Shown here: positions 40,061 through 55,179 of the stretch, piece after piece
Numbering within the stretch: the stretch's first letter is position 1
Layout: each line of letters starts with the position of its first letter
From: the human T2T-CHM13v2.0 reference genome, Homo sapiens
Assembly (NCBI RefSeq): GCF_009914755.1
Contig: NC_060934.1
Reading direction: 5' to 3' (one strand)
DNA: 64,000 nt
Notes under the pieces: generated by a model
The model's input: the letters and a program-made list of their open reading frames with translations, nothing else
Told to the model about the DNA's origin: nothing
Databases searched by the model: none
Position numbers and translations under genes: made by a program

Positions 40061-42865
40061 GCTGGAGTCACCCAAGCCTTGGGCCACCCTGGGTCCCCTT
40101 CCAAGCCTCCAGGCCTCCTGCTCCTCTGACTTTCAGGTCCCCCCAGATCCCAGTCGTAGGCCCAACCTCCTATCTTGGCCCCTCAGCCACATTTAGTCAT
40201 GGCCTTGCCATCAGCTAGTCCAACCAGGAAGACTTCTTCAACCCCTTGACTGGGTGAGGCCCAAACTCCCCACACTCCCCTGTCATTATTCTCAAACATC
40301 CTAGGTGAACATGTGTGCAGAACCCAAGGCACAATTTTGTCCCATCCATTGATCCTAATCTGAGAGAACAGCACCATCATCCACTCCATGGCTCAAGCCA
40401 GAATCCCATCATTATCCTTGACTCCTCCCACTCCCTCATCTCTCCCATCCAATCAAAATCCAAATCCTGAGAGTTCAGCCTCCTGTAAATACATCACATC
40501 TGGTCCACTTGCTTCTAGCTCTCTGCCACCAGTCAAGGCTGAGCCATCATCTGCTCTGCCTGCTCTCCTGATTCAGGCTCTTGCTTGTGGCTAATGTTAT
40601 TTTTTTTTTAATGCAAATAACATCCTGCTGCACTGCCTCCCTCCCTGATACTAACATCCAGCTTAACACTCTTCTGGGGATCATCATGGGCCTGCAAGAG
40701 ATCAAGTTCAAACCCTTGACTTACAAGCCACGAAGCTTCAGCCTGTGCCCTGGCCTTGCCTCCAGCATGCTCCTTTGCTCTCTGCTCCAGCCCCACTGCC
40801 CCTCCCTTCTGACCTTTGCACAGGCTGTTCTCTCAGCATGAAGTACTCCTACCCTGCAATCCCCACGTTCACTTGACTAACTCCTGATGATCCTTAAGAT
40901 CGCAGATTAAATGTCACCTCCACCAGGAAGCCCTCCCTGACTGCTTGATATGCTTTTACAGCTCCTCAAATTTTTTCATTCATCAACATGTCATCTGGCA
41001 AGTACTTGTGCATTATCTGTCTTTCCACAAAAATGTTAAGTTTCACAAGAGTGGAGTCAATGTCTTTTTTCTCAGAGCCTGGCATTTAATGGATACCAGA
41101 ATAAATGTACTGAATGAAGAATTGCCTAGCCCTGTCTTGGCTCTCCCCCTTGTCTGAGGCCAAGTTCCCCAGTGTCAGAACTCTCTTGATAACCCAAGAC
41201 AAGCTGGGTTGGCTAGAGGCTGAGAAACCCTCAGAGAATACTTGTGAGCCCATCAAACTGACCCAAATCAGCTGTGCCTTGTGGGCTCAGACCAGGGAGA
41301 GGCTGCTGAGGGCTGCAGAGTAGAATGGCAGAGAGAATGGTTAGGAGGACTTCCCAGAAGAGTAGGGAAGTGGGGTCTGAAAGAAGCAGGCTCTGTGCAA
41401 ACATGGGCTGGCTGAAGCATGGGGTTGTTCAAGGGAGAAGTAATAGTTGGAAATATTGGGTAATAGTTGGAAAGGGAACTTTCCAAAACTGATACTCATA
41501 TATTTGCTGGAGGTTGAACTGACAAGACTTGGGTACTGACTGGATGAGAGAGATGAGGGCCAGGGAGACCAGTTTGTGAAGGGCAATCAATGCCAGACTG
41601 TTTGACCATTTTCCTATCCTTAACTGGGGGGAGGGCACTGACTACTTCTAAGGTGACCTGATGCAAAGTTTTATTTACAAGTTAATTCTAGCTGCCAGAC
41701 AAGGTGGTTGAAGGGAAAGTTTGAGGCAGGGAGACTATTAGAAGGCTAGTGCAATGATGAGATGGGGGATGAAATGGAGTGAGAGTGAGAGAGAGAGAGA
41801 GAGAGATGCAGGTTGACCTGTGGAAGGAAGATCTGTGATAAGGAAGTCTCCCTGAGGGACAGAGGGGGACAGGTAAGCTGGGTGGGCTCCATCTCCAAGT
41901 GTCTGGCCCAAGAAGGCCTGGTGGTAGCCTCACTGAGGTAGCATATCTGGACTTGGCTGCCAATTGGTTATGAAGGTGAGGAGGAGAGATAGGGCAAAGA
42001 TGATTGCCTCCAAGGGTGTTCCAAGAGCCTGGCAGCTGATGGGCCACCAGCAGAGGTAAGAAGAGACGCTAACTTGGGGCTAGAGATCATGACATGCCTT
42101 TGCATATTGAGTATTTGTGCCCGAGTTTGACATGCCAGGGCATGATGGCCAATAGACAGAATTACAGGGAAGTAGCTCAGGGGAGTAAATTGGCCTCTGG
42201 ATGTAGAATGGGGAGATATACCCTCCTGCCCCACTCTCCTAGTCTCCAGTTTTGCATTGCAGTTTGGATGGGCCAATTTAATTCTGTAACAAAGTAACAG
42301 TATAGTATTAACCCAAAATAATCCTATAATACCATAGCACAGTAAAGATGATGTATCACTGCCAAGATACAAGTGATAGTGTAGTGTAGGGCTGTAACGA
42401 TGTAATCCAAAAACAGTATAACCATATGGCAATTTGCTACTGTCAGCCAGGAAATGATGGGTCGGTGCACTATAGGTTAACAGTACTGGGCTATAATGAG
42501 GTAACCATGTAATCAGTGATATTGTAGTGTTGAAATGACTGTAACAAGGCACACAACCCAGCAACTTGATATGACAATCTGACAGTGTAATTGTGTTAAC
42601 TTAGTAATGGTTACCGATATAATGATGCAATCACATGATGGCAGAGTGTGGTAATGATGTCACATGATCATAAAACCTCAAAGGCAGTGGAAGGGAAGAG
42701 GATGGAGCTCTTAACCTAAGCCCCAGGGCTCTGAGAATAGAGTAAGAAAGCCCTTTCCAAGTTTAAAAGGAAGCTTCCTCAGGATGCTGCAGAGGCTGGA
42801 AGAAGCTTCTGGAAGGATGTTGCAGCCTGGGATAGGAAAGAGCTCAGCCGAGAAAGAAAACTGGG

Positions 42866-43162
42866 GGCTGGGCACAGTGGCTGACGCCTGTAACCCCAGT
42901 ACTTTGGAAGGCTGAGGCAGGTGGATCACTTGAGATCAGGAGTTCAAGATCAGCCTGGCCAAACATGGTGAAATCCTGTCTCTACTAAAAAATACAAAAA
43001 TTAGCCAGGTGTGGTGGTGCACGCCTGTAATCCCAGCTACTCAGGAGGCTGAGGCACTAGAATCACTTAACTCAGGAGGCGGAGGTTACAGTAAGCCGAG
43101 TTCGTGCCATTGCACTCTAGCCTAGGTGACAGAGTGAGTGAGACTCTAAAAACAAAAAAAAA
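42866..43162 (+). mobile_element. Alu (S-like)
   Basis: Full dimer. Confidence 0.95.
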
Positions 43163-43290
43163 GGAAGGAAGGAAGGAAGGAAGGAAGGAAGGAAGGGAGG
43201 GAGGGAGGGAGGGAGGGAGGGAGGAAGGGAAGGAAGGAAGGAGAAAGGAAAGGAAAGGGAAGGGAAGGGGAAAAGAAAAGAAGGAAGGCA
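43163..43290 (+). repeat. (GGAA)8 / (GGGA)n purine tract grown from an Alu tail
   Basis: Seen directly after the Alu A-tail. Confidence 0.95.
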
Positions 43291-43779
43291 AGAAGTGGTG
43301 GTGGCTTTGCAGAACAGGACATAGCTCTGTTAGGCTGGCCAGGATCAAAGCAAGCCAGCCCCCAACTGTGGATACTATCTGAGCAGCCCTGACCCCTTTC
43401 AGTGCTCTTGACTGTTCACTTAGCCTGAGAGGTGTCTGCTCCTTCAGGAGCTGAAATAGGGCAAATCATATTCAGTACTTGTAAGATTCTTGGAATCATC
43501 ACATTGACAAGAATATAAAAGAAAACCCAGAGTAACACAATTGAAAACAACTCACATATCTGATCTTTACTATGTGCTGGGCACTGTTCTTCTGCAGATT
43601 ATTCACCATAACCCAAGGAAGAAGGTTTTATCTTATTCGTTTTACAGATGAAGACAATGAGACCCAGAGAGATTAAACATATTTGTCTAAAGTCACATAG
43701 CAAGTAAAGGGCAGAGCTGGAATTCAGACTCAGATCCACATCTGCCTTTAAAGCACATTCTTGCTCTTGTCATTGGGTA

Positions 43780-45043
43780 TCTGCTTTTAGAAGTGTGTGA
43801 CAAACCAGTGAGAAAAAAACCAGGGAGCAGGTTGAGCCAAAGGATAAACAAGTGACATATTCCTAGACATACATTTTTTAAAAGGTCAATATTAAGGTGG
43901 ATTAAAATGTGTGTAATGGGCAAGTGTTTAAGAAAGAAAGGATGGATATGAATATATATTCTTATTTGCTTACATTTCTTGAAATGAAAAGATAAACAAA
44001 ATATTTTAAAAATAATTATTGGAGAAAGGAGGAAACAAAGTGAAGAGGATGGGGTAGAAGGTAGACATCACTGAGTATAAATTTTCAATAGATTTTTAAA
44101 AATAGATTAAAACCATATAGATACTTTATATAATAACACAATAAAATCAAGTATGTAAATAAGTAATCCATAAAAAATCAAAAGCAAAATGAAACAAATG
44201 AACTTATCTACTAAGTTGGTATTATAATCACATAGATAAACTATTTCAAGTAATTTAAAATCCAGTAATTGACTCTACATACATCCCTAGTGGGATATAC
44301 ACTAATAAAGCCAATAAGTAATGAGATTGATGTTCTTAGAGTTTTTTGGTAAGGGAGAAATAAACAAACAAAAACAGATGGAAGATCAGTGGTGATTAGT
44401 AAAATCCCCATAGTCTTGCATTTGATTTGGAAGTATCAGTAATAACTGTTGATGTATTTTATCTTTAAAAAATGTATTTCATGGCTTTATGCATTGAAAA
44501 AGACAAGAAACCAACCAACTCAGTAGCAATAAGCACCTCTAGTCTCCAGACTGTGGTCTTTAAATACCATTTTGCATTAAAAAGAACCAGGGCTCTTTGG
44601 GGGAAATGAAAAATTTCAGATCTGAAACAGGACATGTACAAGATCATTCTGGAAATCTTATACCAGAAAGCGAGGAAGCTATGAAAGACTACTAGGGTCA
44701 TTTCAAAAGGACTTGTGCACTAATTACAGGCTCCCATTTGCCAAAGATGATACAATTGAGCATCAGTGTTTATAATAACTGCAATTGATTGAAACTCATC
44801 TAATAAATTTAAATCCATGAATAATCATTATACTTAAAAGAAAAACCTTACTAATCTTCTTTGAAGGATGGTAGAGAGCCAACTCATAATTTGGTAAACT
44901 GATCGAAAAAAAAAACCAAGCATTTCTACTGCCTTTCTTATATGAGCTATATATACCTTGGGTTGAATCCAGGAGGCCGAGGTTGCAGTGAGCCAAGATC
45001 ACGCCACTGTACTCCAGCCTGGGCAACAGGGAGAGACTCTATC

Positions 45044-45087
<44 letters not shown>

Positions 45088-45665
45088 AGTGATATTTCAA
45101 AAAAAATCTAATCTAAATCTAATCAAGCCTATAGATGTAACTACTATCTTGCAGAAAATACTGTGAGCAGAGGAACCTCAAGGATGCAATCCAAAAACTC
45201 CAGGTTATGGGTAAATATCCTGGCTTCCTCAATTAAAAAATTGAAAGAGAGAAAAAAATGGATAGACTAAAACAGACTTGAGAGATATATCAACTAATTG
45301 CATTATATTTGAATCTTGCAAGTAATTAAAAGGAGGAGAAGGAGCAGGAAGAGGAGGAAGAGAAAGAAGAGTAGAAGATGTTATGAGGCAATCAGGGACA
45401 TGTAAGCACTGCATTAACTGGACACTATTAAGTTTTTAGATGTGCTAGTGATATTATGGTTATTTTAAAGTCATTTACTTTAAAAATATAAACTGAAATA
45501 TTTATAAATTAAATGATGTGATATCTTGGATTTGCTATCAAATAATCTAGGGGGTAGAGTTGGCTGAGGAATATATAGAATAAGACTGGCCATAAATTGA
45601 TAACCGTTGGAGCTGGGTTCATTATACTCCTCTCTACTTTTATATATGTTTGAAGTTTTCAATGT
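43780..45665. mobile_element. Old L1M fragments (with Alu 3' fragment + (TAAA)n at ~44960-45088)
   Basis: A-rich L1MC/ME-like 3'UTR sequence; boundaries approximate. Confidence 0.6.
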
Positions 45666-45998
45666 TTAACCCATGTTATATTGAAATGAGCTGGTTAAAT
45701 TTGGGGAGTAGCTATCTCCCCCATCTTGAACTTCAGAAAGCTGGCAGCTGTCTTCCATTGTTCAGCCCTCCAAGCTGGAAACTGAACAAACTGACCAGCC
45801 CCCCAAAAAAGACCTCTAAATACTGACAATCAGAGTCCCCCCACAAAACATCCGGGTCTCCAACTGATCATTCTTCAGTGATGTCCACTAATCAACAGGT
45901 CCTAAAATTAGCACAGAGCTTTCAAGCGGTCATTTAGTGCCCTACCTTTGTGTATTGATGGACAGGAAAAGATGCTAATGATTTAGGACAAGTTTCTA

Positions 45999-46308
<310 letters not shown>

Positions 46309-46449
46309 TTTACACACTTATATACATAAATGTGATATATTGATTGATTTTTACCCCAAATTGTGATATAAATATATTGGGCCAAAGACAAAATGATTAT
46401 AGGTGGTGACATAAGAGATCCCAATCCTCATCTTCTATAATAATTAGTT

Positions 46450-46609
46450 AATAGCTGGGCATGGTGATACATGCCTGTAATCCCAGCTACTCAGGAGGCT
46501 GAGGCATGAGAATCACTTGAACTCAGGAGGTGGAGGTTGCCGTGAGCCGAGATTGCACCACTGCACTACAGCCTGGATGACAGAAACTCCATCTCAAGAA
46601 AAAAAAAGA
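46450..46609 (+). mobile_element. Alu right-arm fragment
   Basis: agctgggcatggtg... to the A tail. Confidence 0.9.
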
Positions 46610-46712
46610 ACTTGAAAGTATCAAAGAATATTCAGAGAAGAGAAGAAAGCTTAAAAAAACAAACAAACCTGCAATTAATAACCTCAGAGAGGTATAAGAA
46701 ACACATCCATGA

Positions 46713-47034
<322 letters not shown>

Positions 47035-47304
47035 AGGGTGTGTTTTTAAGGTATATTCAGAGAATAATAATTGTTAAAATTCCTGAATATTTATAGATAT
47101 ATGTACACATAATACATATGATATCTATAATATTAGAGATAAAGTGAAAAGTCAAAAATAGCAATATAAGCATGATATGGCCACAGAAGTAGGGAAGTAC
47201 ATATCAGAAGATGTAACTAATCATTTTCAAAAAGGTTGCCTATAGGGACTTAATAGAAGACAACTATAACCTTGTATTTGGTTGCTTTTTGAGCTATGTA
47301 AATA

Positions 47305-48616
47305 CAGTTGACCCTTGAACAACATAGGTTTGAACTGCATGGATCCATTTATATGCAGAATTTTTCCAAAAAAGTTACACTGAATGTGCTTGCCTTTCCT
47401 GCCTCCTGTTCTGCGTCCTCCACATCTTTGACCTCTGCCACCCCGAGACAGCAAGACCAACCCCTTTCCTCCCTCCTTCTCCTCAGCCTACTCAGTGTGA
47501 AGGCAACGAGGATGAAGACTTTTATGACGGTCCACTTCCACTTATTGAATAGTAAGTATATTTTCTCTTCCTCATGATTTTCTTAATAGCATTTTCTTTT
47601 TTCTAGCTTACTTTATTGTAAGAATACAGTATATAATACATATAACACACAGAATATGTGTTAATCGACAGTTTGTTATTGGTAAGCCTTCTGGGCAACA
47701 GTAGGCTATTCGTAGTTAAGTTTTGGGAGAGTCAAAAGTTATACATAGATTTTTTTTTTTAATTATTTATGTCCATAGATTTTGGGGGAACAGGTGCTAT
47801 TTGGTTACATGAGTAAGTTTCTTTAGTGGTGATTTGTGAGATTTTGGTGCACCCATCACTCGAGCAGTGTACACTGAACCCAATGTGTAGTCTTTTACCC
47901 CTCACCCCTTCTCACCCTTTGCCCCTGAGTCCCCAAAGTCCACTGTATAATTCTTATGCGTTTGCATCCTCATAGCTTAGCTCCCACCTATGAGTGAGAA
48001 CATACAACGTTTGGTTTTCCATTCCTGAGTTACTCACTTAGAATAATAGTCTCCAATCCCATCCAGGTTGCTGCAAATGCTGTTAATTCATTTCTTTTTA
48101 TGGCTGAGCAGTATTCCGTCATATATGTACCACAGTTTCTTTATCCATTCGTTGATTGGTGGGCATTTGAGTTGGTTCCACATTTTTGCAATTGTGAATT
48201 GTGCTGCTATAAACATGTGTGTGCAAGTACCTTTTTCAACAATGACTTCTTTTCCTCTGGGTAGATACCCAGTTGTGGGATTTCTGAGTCAAATGGTAGT
48301 TCTACTTTTAGTTCTTTAAGGAATCTCCACACTGTTTTCCATAGTGGTTGTACTAGTTTACGTTCCCACCAACAGTGTAGAAGTGTTCCCTTTTCACCTT
48401 ATCCATGCCAACATCTATTTTTTAAATTTTTTTTATTATGGCCATTCTTGTGGAAGTAAGGTGGTATCATATAGTGGTTTTGATTTGCATTTCCTTGATC
48501 ATTAGTGATGTTGAGCATTTTTTTCATGTTTTTTGGCCATTTGAAAAGTTACACATGGATTTTCAACTACATCATGGGTCCGCACTCCAGCCCCTGCAGT
48601 GTTCAATGGTCAACTG
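47305..48616 (+). mobile_element. Tigger2-family (MER28/Tigger2a-like) element split by L1
   Basis: TIRs CAGTTGACCCTTGAAC / GTTCAATGGTCAACTG; TA target duplication at 47303 and 48617. Confidence 0.88.
47751..48543 (-). mobile_element. 5'-truncated L1 3' end (L1PB-like) nested in the Tigger
   Basis: Poly-T, then reverse L1 3'UTR/ORF2 end; TSD aaaagtta(t/c)acat(a/g)gattt. Confidence 0.9.
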
Positions 48617-48624
48617 TATATAAC

Positions 48625-48887
48625 TTTTTTTTTTTTGAGGCAGGGTCACAATCATGGCTCACTGAAGCCTTAACCTCATGGGTTCAAGTGTTCTTCTTGC
48701 CTCATCCTCCCAAGTAGCTGGGACTACAGCGACACACCACCACGCCTGGCTAAGTTTTTGATTTTTTGTAGAGATGAGGTCTTGCTATATTGCCCAGGCT
48801 GGTCTCAAACTCTTGGGCTCAACCCATCCTCCCGCCTCAGCCTCCCAAAGTACTGGGATTACAGGTGTGAGCTACCACTCGCAGCCA
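48625..48887 (-). mobile_element. Alu (J-like)
   Basis: Reverse dimer with an internal deletion. Confidence 0.9.
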
Positions 48888-48899
48888 ACTATATTTAAC

Positions 48900-49227
48900 T
48901 TTTATTTATTTATTTTTATTTTATTTTTATTTTTTATATATTTTTTTTGGAGACAGAGTTTCACTCTGTTATCCAGGCTGGAGTGCAGTGCTGCCATCTT
49001 GGCTCACTGCAACCCACCTTCCAGGTTCAAGAGATTCTCCTGCCTCAGCCTCCTGAGTAGCTGGGTACAGGAGCCCGCCACAATGCCTGGCTAATTTTTT
49101 TTGTATTTTTAGTAGAGACAGGGTTTCGCCATGTTAGCCAGGCTGGTCTCAAACTCCTGACCTCAGGTGATCTGACCTCGGCCTCCCAAAGTGCTGGGAT
49201 TACAGGCATGAGCCACCACGCCTGGCC
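48900..49227 (-). mobile_element. Alu (S-like)
   Basis: TSD ctatatttaactttta. Confidence 0.95.
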
Positions 49228-49669
49228 TATATTTAACTTTTAATGAAAAATTCAAACATACACAAAAGTGAGAAAATAGTACAATGAACTCTCATATTCT
49301 AATCCCTCAGAATTAGCAATTTATCAAAATTTTGCCACACTTGCTTCATGTAAGTACATTACTTTAAATTTTTTAGAAAATTTTTTAAAATTTTAGAAAT
49401 ATACACAATAAATTAATAATATGGCTACCTCTGAAACATATGACTGATATAGAGATGGGAGAGGTGAGGAAAAGAGCTTTTTTCCTTTTTAAACAGTTTT
49501 ATTTTTATTTTTATCTTACAAACTTATGCCATGCGCTGCTCTAAACACTTTACACTCATTTAATCCTCATAGCAAATCGATGAAGTGTGTGCTAGTTTTA
49601 TTCTTATTTGATAGAAGAGAGCTGTTTATCATTTGAATTTTTTTCAGTGAGCAGATATTCCTTTTTAAA

Positions 49670-49913
49670 TATTTATTTATGTGTTTGTTTTAGAGACAGG
49701 GTCTCCGTCTGTTGCCCAAGATTCACTGTAACCTCAAACTCCTGTGTTTAAGGGATTCTCCCACTTTAGTCTCCCAAGTAGCTGGGACTACAGGCAGGGG
49801 CCACCATGCCTGGCCAATTTTAATTTTTTTTTTTTTTTAGAGATGGGGGTCTCACTATGTTGCCCAGGTTGGTATTGAACTCCTCTCTTCAAGTGATCCT
49901 CCAGTCTTGACCT
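49670..49913 (-). mobile_element. Alu (J-like, truncated)
   Basis: Diverged reverse Alu. Confidence 0.88.
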
Positions 49914-50143
49914 GTAAATAATAATTTTTTAAAAGATAATGGACTATAAAAACAAGTTTCCTGACTCATATATAATACATAATAACTCTTTGGTTATTTC
50001 TTCTCCAGTATATAAAGTCCCAGTCCCAAAGATGCCTCCAAGGTAGAATGATGCATTCTCGTTATTAATAACACTTTCACTCCCAATCTGTCCCAGTTTA
50101 GGTAATAACTTGAATGACCACCCTACTTTAAGGCTTGTGTTTA

Positions 50144-50570
50144 GGGCTGGACGCAGTGGTGCACGTCTGTAATCCCAGCACTTTGGGAGGCCAAGGTGAG
50201 TGGATCACTTGAGGTCAGGAGTTTGAGACCAGCCTGGCCAACATGGCAAAACCCCATCTCTACTAAAAATACAAAAATTAGCCAGGTTTGATGGCCAAGG
50301 TGGGCGGATCACGAGGTCAAGAGTTCAGACCAGCCTGACCAATATGGTGAAACCCTCCTCTACTAAAAATACAAAAATTAGCTGGACGTTGTGGCACACA
50401 CCTGTAGTCCCAGCTACTCAGGAGGCTGAGGCAGGAGAATCACTTGAACCTGGAAGGCAGAGGTTGCAGTGAGCCAAGATCGTGCCACTGCTCTCCAGCC
50501 TGGGCAACAGAGTGAGACTCCGTCTCAAAAACAAAACAAAACAAAACAAAACAAAACAAAACAAAAAACA
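50144..50570 (+). mobile_element. Three-arm chimeric Alu (left + partial left + right)
   Basis: Two ctactaaaaatacaaaaattag linkers; (CAAAA)n tail; flanking TSD-like ttgtgtttag. Confidence 0.9.
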
Positions 50571-50779
50571 AGACTTTGTGTTTAGATCCTTCACCATAGG
50601 GATTGTCCTCCTCTGGACTTTGTTCTTAGGGGTCCCCAGGCCTGAACCTAGCAAACTATGGGGCCCGGTGGGAACACTGACCTTTCTTCTTCCAGGCTTC
50701 CTGCATCTACCGAGGCAGCCTGGGAGTCAACAGGCTCCTGGTAGTGCCACACAATTGACTCACAATGAATTCGCTGTCA

Positions 50780-51590
50780 GATAAACTTTGTCTTTTTCAC
50801 GTGATTCATTTCTAAGCCGAGACTCCTGGGCCCACATTTGCACTTCTGATCTTTTTAACCTGCCTGCAGGACTCTACATCCATGCTCTCCAAATGTCATT
50901 TGCTCATGTTGGGTCATCATTCCAGCCTGCCAAGATCATTTTGAACCTCAATTCTGTCACCCAATCTATTAGTAAGCCTGTTCCTCTTTGTGTCATCTGA
51001 AGGTGTGATGAGCTGGACACCTACATCTTCATTTGAGTCACTGATAGAAACATCGCGTGGCCAGGGCTGAGTCACAGGCTCAGAGACGTCATGCTGGCAA
51101 GACAGAAAACCTGTCATCACGTCTCTTTGGGTAGAGTGAGTCTCCAGCTATGAATCTTCCAAGCAGGGCCATCATGCAGCCCACATTTTCCCATCACATA
51201 CACAAGAATACAATGATAAGCTGCTTTATGCCCTGTTGTAAGTATAAAAACAGTGCCTTCTGCATTCCCCTAACCTCTTCATTCTGTATCCTTATCAACA
51301 AAAGAAGCATGATATGCTGTCCTTTGGTATGTGTTTGTAGAGACCTCATGCTGGCTTCTGCCAAACATCATTCTCCTTGCTAAGCATTGCCAGACCTCAT
51401 ATATAATAATCATTTCTAGAATTTTGCCAGGAATCAGCATTAATTTGGACACTCTTTAATTTCCATATCCAAAGCCTACTCCTTGCTGGCTATGATGGCA
51501 GTATTCGTCCAACTCCACCCCGTAGCACCCCTCCTAATTTCCAGGATCCCCTGAAGTCACTGACAGCAGATTCCTGATTACATATCATCT
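50780..51590 (-). mobile_element. CR1/L3 LINE fossil (RT domain)
   Basis: Minus translation DVSISDSNEDVGVQLITPSDDTKRNRLTNRLGDRIEVQNDLGRLE resembles CR1 RT (FINDLDEG...KFADDTKL...DRIRIQNDLDRLE). Confidence 0.75.
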
Positions 51591-52601
51591 TGACACCTAT
51601 CTGAACCTTTTTACAGTAGACTACTCTGCTGCCATTAACAATATTGGTATGGATTGTAGAGCTATATTCACTGACATGAAAAAGTGTCCACCATACCTTG
51701 TTAAGTGAAAAATAAAGTTTACAAAGCAATATGATTTTATAATTCCATTTTTGTAAAAAAACAAAAACAAAAACAAAAAACCTTCATTATGTACACATAA
51801 AAATAAAGTCCAGAAGTCTACATACCAAAATATTAACAGCGGTAATATGGGTGGAAGAATTACAGGTGATGTTTTTTTCGCACATCTGAATTTTCCAGTT
51901 CTTCTTCAATTAGCATTCATAACTCATGTAATGAAGGAAAACAGCTTTTTTTTAAAAAAGTCAAGGTTGACTTCCCAGACTCTGGTAAATCAGAGCTATC
52001 TTAGAGCACAAATAACATTCCTCCACATGCTTCTCTCTTCTCCCTGAGAATTTCATTCTCCCGTAATATAAGGAGGAGGGAGGGGAGAGAAAAAGAGGAT
52101 GGGGCTGCCATTTGTAGGCACAATGCCAAGCCATGGGCAGGGGTTTTATCTCCATCACTGCATTTAATCCTCACAACTGAGAGGAGTAAATTTTACCAAT
52201 AATATCGACTCTTCCAGAAAGTTGGGTGATGAAGGGAAAGGAGACCATGAGATCCTGGACTGGGGAGAGACAAGGTCAAAGGAAGGTGAGGTGAAGCTAA
52301 CCCATTTTACAGATGAAAACACTGAGTTTCTAAAATGACAATCAATCACGCAGCTAGTAAATAAAGCTAAATTCAAACCCAGGTCTGCCTGACCCTAAAG
52401 CCTTCCTCCTTTTATGACACCACAGCAGCCATCACACCTGCAGTCCCCATAGCATCCAATTTTAAAGATTTTTGGTTTTTCCTTCCCTGACATACCATTA
52501 TCAACTTGCAGTTTAAAGCTCTTTTAATCAGGCAGCAGATCTCTTCTTAAAACTTCTCTGATCACCCCTGCACAGAACTTAAAGCAAATCCTCATTTTTA
52601 A

Positions 52602-52925
<324 letters not shown>

Positions 52926-53598
52926 CTTCAGAACCATCTTTAAGCTCACAGCTCAAACGCCTTCTTCACCTTTCCCTCCGGAAGCATGAACTCCAAAACC
53001 AGAAAAAATGAAACATCATTTCCGACACATCCTATTGTACCCAAATTTCTTCCGTGTCTTTACCTAGTGCCTCAAAGCTCTGCAGACAGCATATAGAAGG
53101 ATGAATGGGTGTGGACAGAGTTCAGCCAGACCTCAGAGACAAACCATAGAAGGTCCTGGGAGTCATTGCTGAGAAGCAGCCTAGAACTCCCTCAGTTCCC
53201 AGTATTACATTCTTTTCTGCTTAATATAGAATGGGTGTCTGTTTCCTGTGACTGAACTCTTAATGAGAAGTAATAATAGTAATAACTTCTCCCTTTTTAA
53301 TTCTATAAACCTGATGCTATATAACAGGTTAAATATCTATCATCCCATCTAATTTGCATGGCAATCACATAAATTCGGTATTATTTTCCCAATTTACGTG
53401 TGAAGAAACCAAGGATTGGAGAGGTTGCCCAAGAGTTCATCGTCGGTAAATGGCTGAGCCTTGACTCAAATGAGGGTTTGCAAACTCCAGAGCTTGTGCT
53501 CCTAACCACTGTGCATCCCGCCGCTCATGTGGTTCCTTGTGGAAGGGAGGAACCTACGTAATGGATAACATCCTCAGCAGACTTTGTGGAAGATATAG

Positions 53599-53955
<357 letters not shown>

Positions 53956-54821
53956 TAAGTCATACTTTATAATGACTCTGCTTCAACTATTCTCTTCTCT
54001 CTCTCCACTGTCCCTTCCCCACCTCTACACCTCCAAGTGTGCACATGTGCTCACCTTACCATCCCTTGACCCCCACAGTCCAGGACCCCATAGGACCCTT
54101 TCCCTTCCTCACCACACTTTCTGGAAGAGTAGCCCACACTTGTTACTTTCCTTCCCACCTCTAGCCCCATTCCCGTTGTCACCTGGCTTCTGCCTCCACC
54201 ACCCCAGGGAAGCTGCTTTAGCTAAGATCTTTATGTCCTCCTGCTGCACATCTCATGGCTCTCTGGGGCCTCATCCTGTGTGACATCCCTGCAGCATGTC
54301 ACGCAGCTGCCCACTCCACTGTCTTGAAACTCTCTCTCCACTTGGCTTCCTGACAACACTCTCCCCTGACTTTCTTCCATCCTCTCTGCTGGTGATTCTC
54401 TGTCTTGATCATTGACTCCTCTAACTCCACCTGACCCTCAAATGCTGGTGCTTTCCAGGGTTCTGCCCTCAGCCTTCAGCCCAACCCTCTCCTTCAGGCC
54501 CCAGACTCCTTCCTACAGCTGCAACAGCCCACTTACATGCAAGCAGACAACTGCCCAGGCTGTTGTCTTTAGCTCAGATCACTCTCCCACAGTTTAGACT
54601 CACATTTCCATCTGCCTAGCTGACACCTCCACCTGGAAGTTCTCCTGAAAACTTTAATTCAGTGTGTCTAAAAACTAAACAGTACAACATGCCCCCTGTA
54701 GACAGAGATCCACACACGTGTGGGCAGTAGGGTTACAGGCGATGCTGTGTTTTGCATGTCTCAATCTAGCTTTTCCTCAATTAACATTGATAACCCATAT
54801 AATAAGGGGAGACAACTTTTC

Positions 54822-54965
54822 ATTTTAATTTATTTATGCATGTATTTTAGAGACAAGATCTTGCTATGTTGCCCAGGCTGGTCTCAAACTCCTAGACTCG
54901 TGTGATCCTTCCACCTAAACCTCATGAGTGGCTGGGACAACAGGCATTCACAACCACACCCAGCT
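54822..54965 (-). mobile_element. Alu monomer (FLAM-like)
   Basis: Single arm; imperfect TSD ga(g/a)aca(a/g)ctttt. Confidence 0.8.
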
Positions 54966-55179
54966 AAGGAAACAGCTTTTAATAAAAAGTCAAGGTTGGC
55001 TTTACAGTATCTTCGTAATTGTACAGAGATACTTTGGAGCACAAATAACATTCCTCATGCTCCCTCTCTTTCTCCCTGAGAGTTTCAGTCCACATAAGGA
55101 AGAGGGAGGGGGCAAAGAGGGTGAGACTATCATTCCTAGGCACAATGCCAAGCCACGTGCTAGGGGCTTCCTCCATCAT

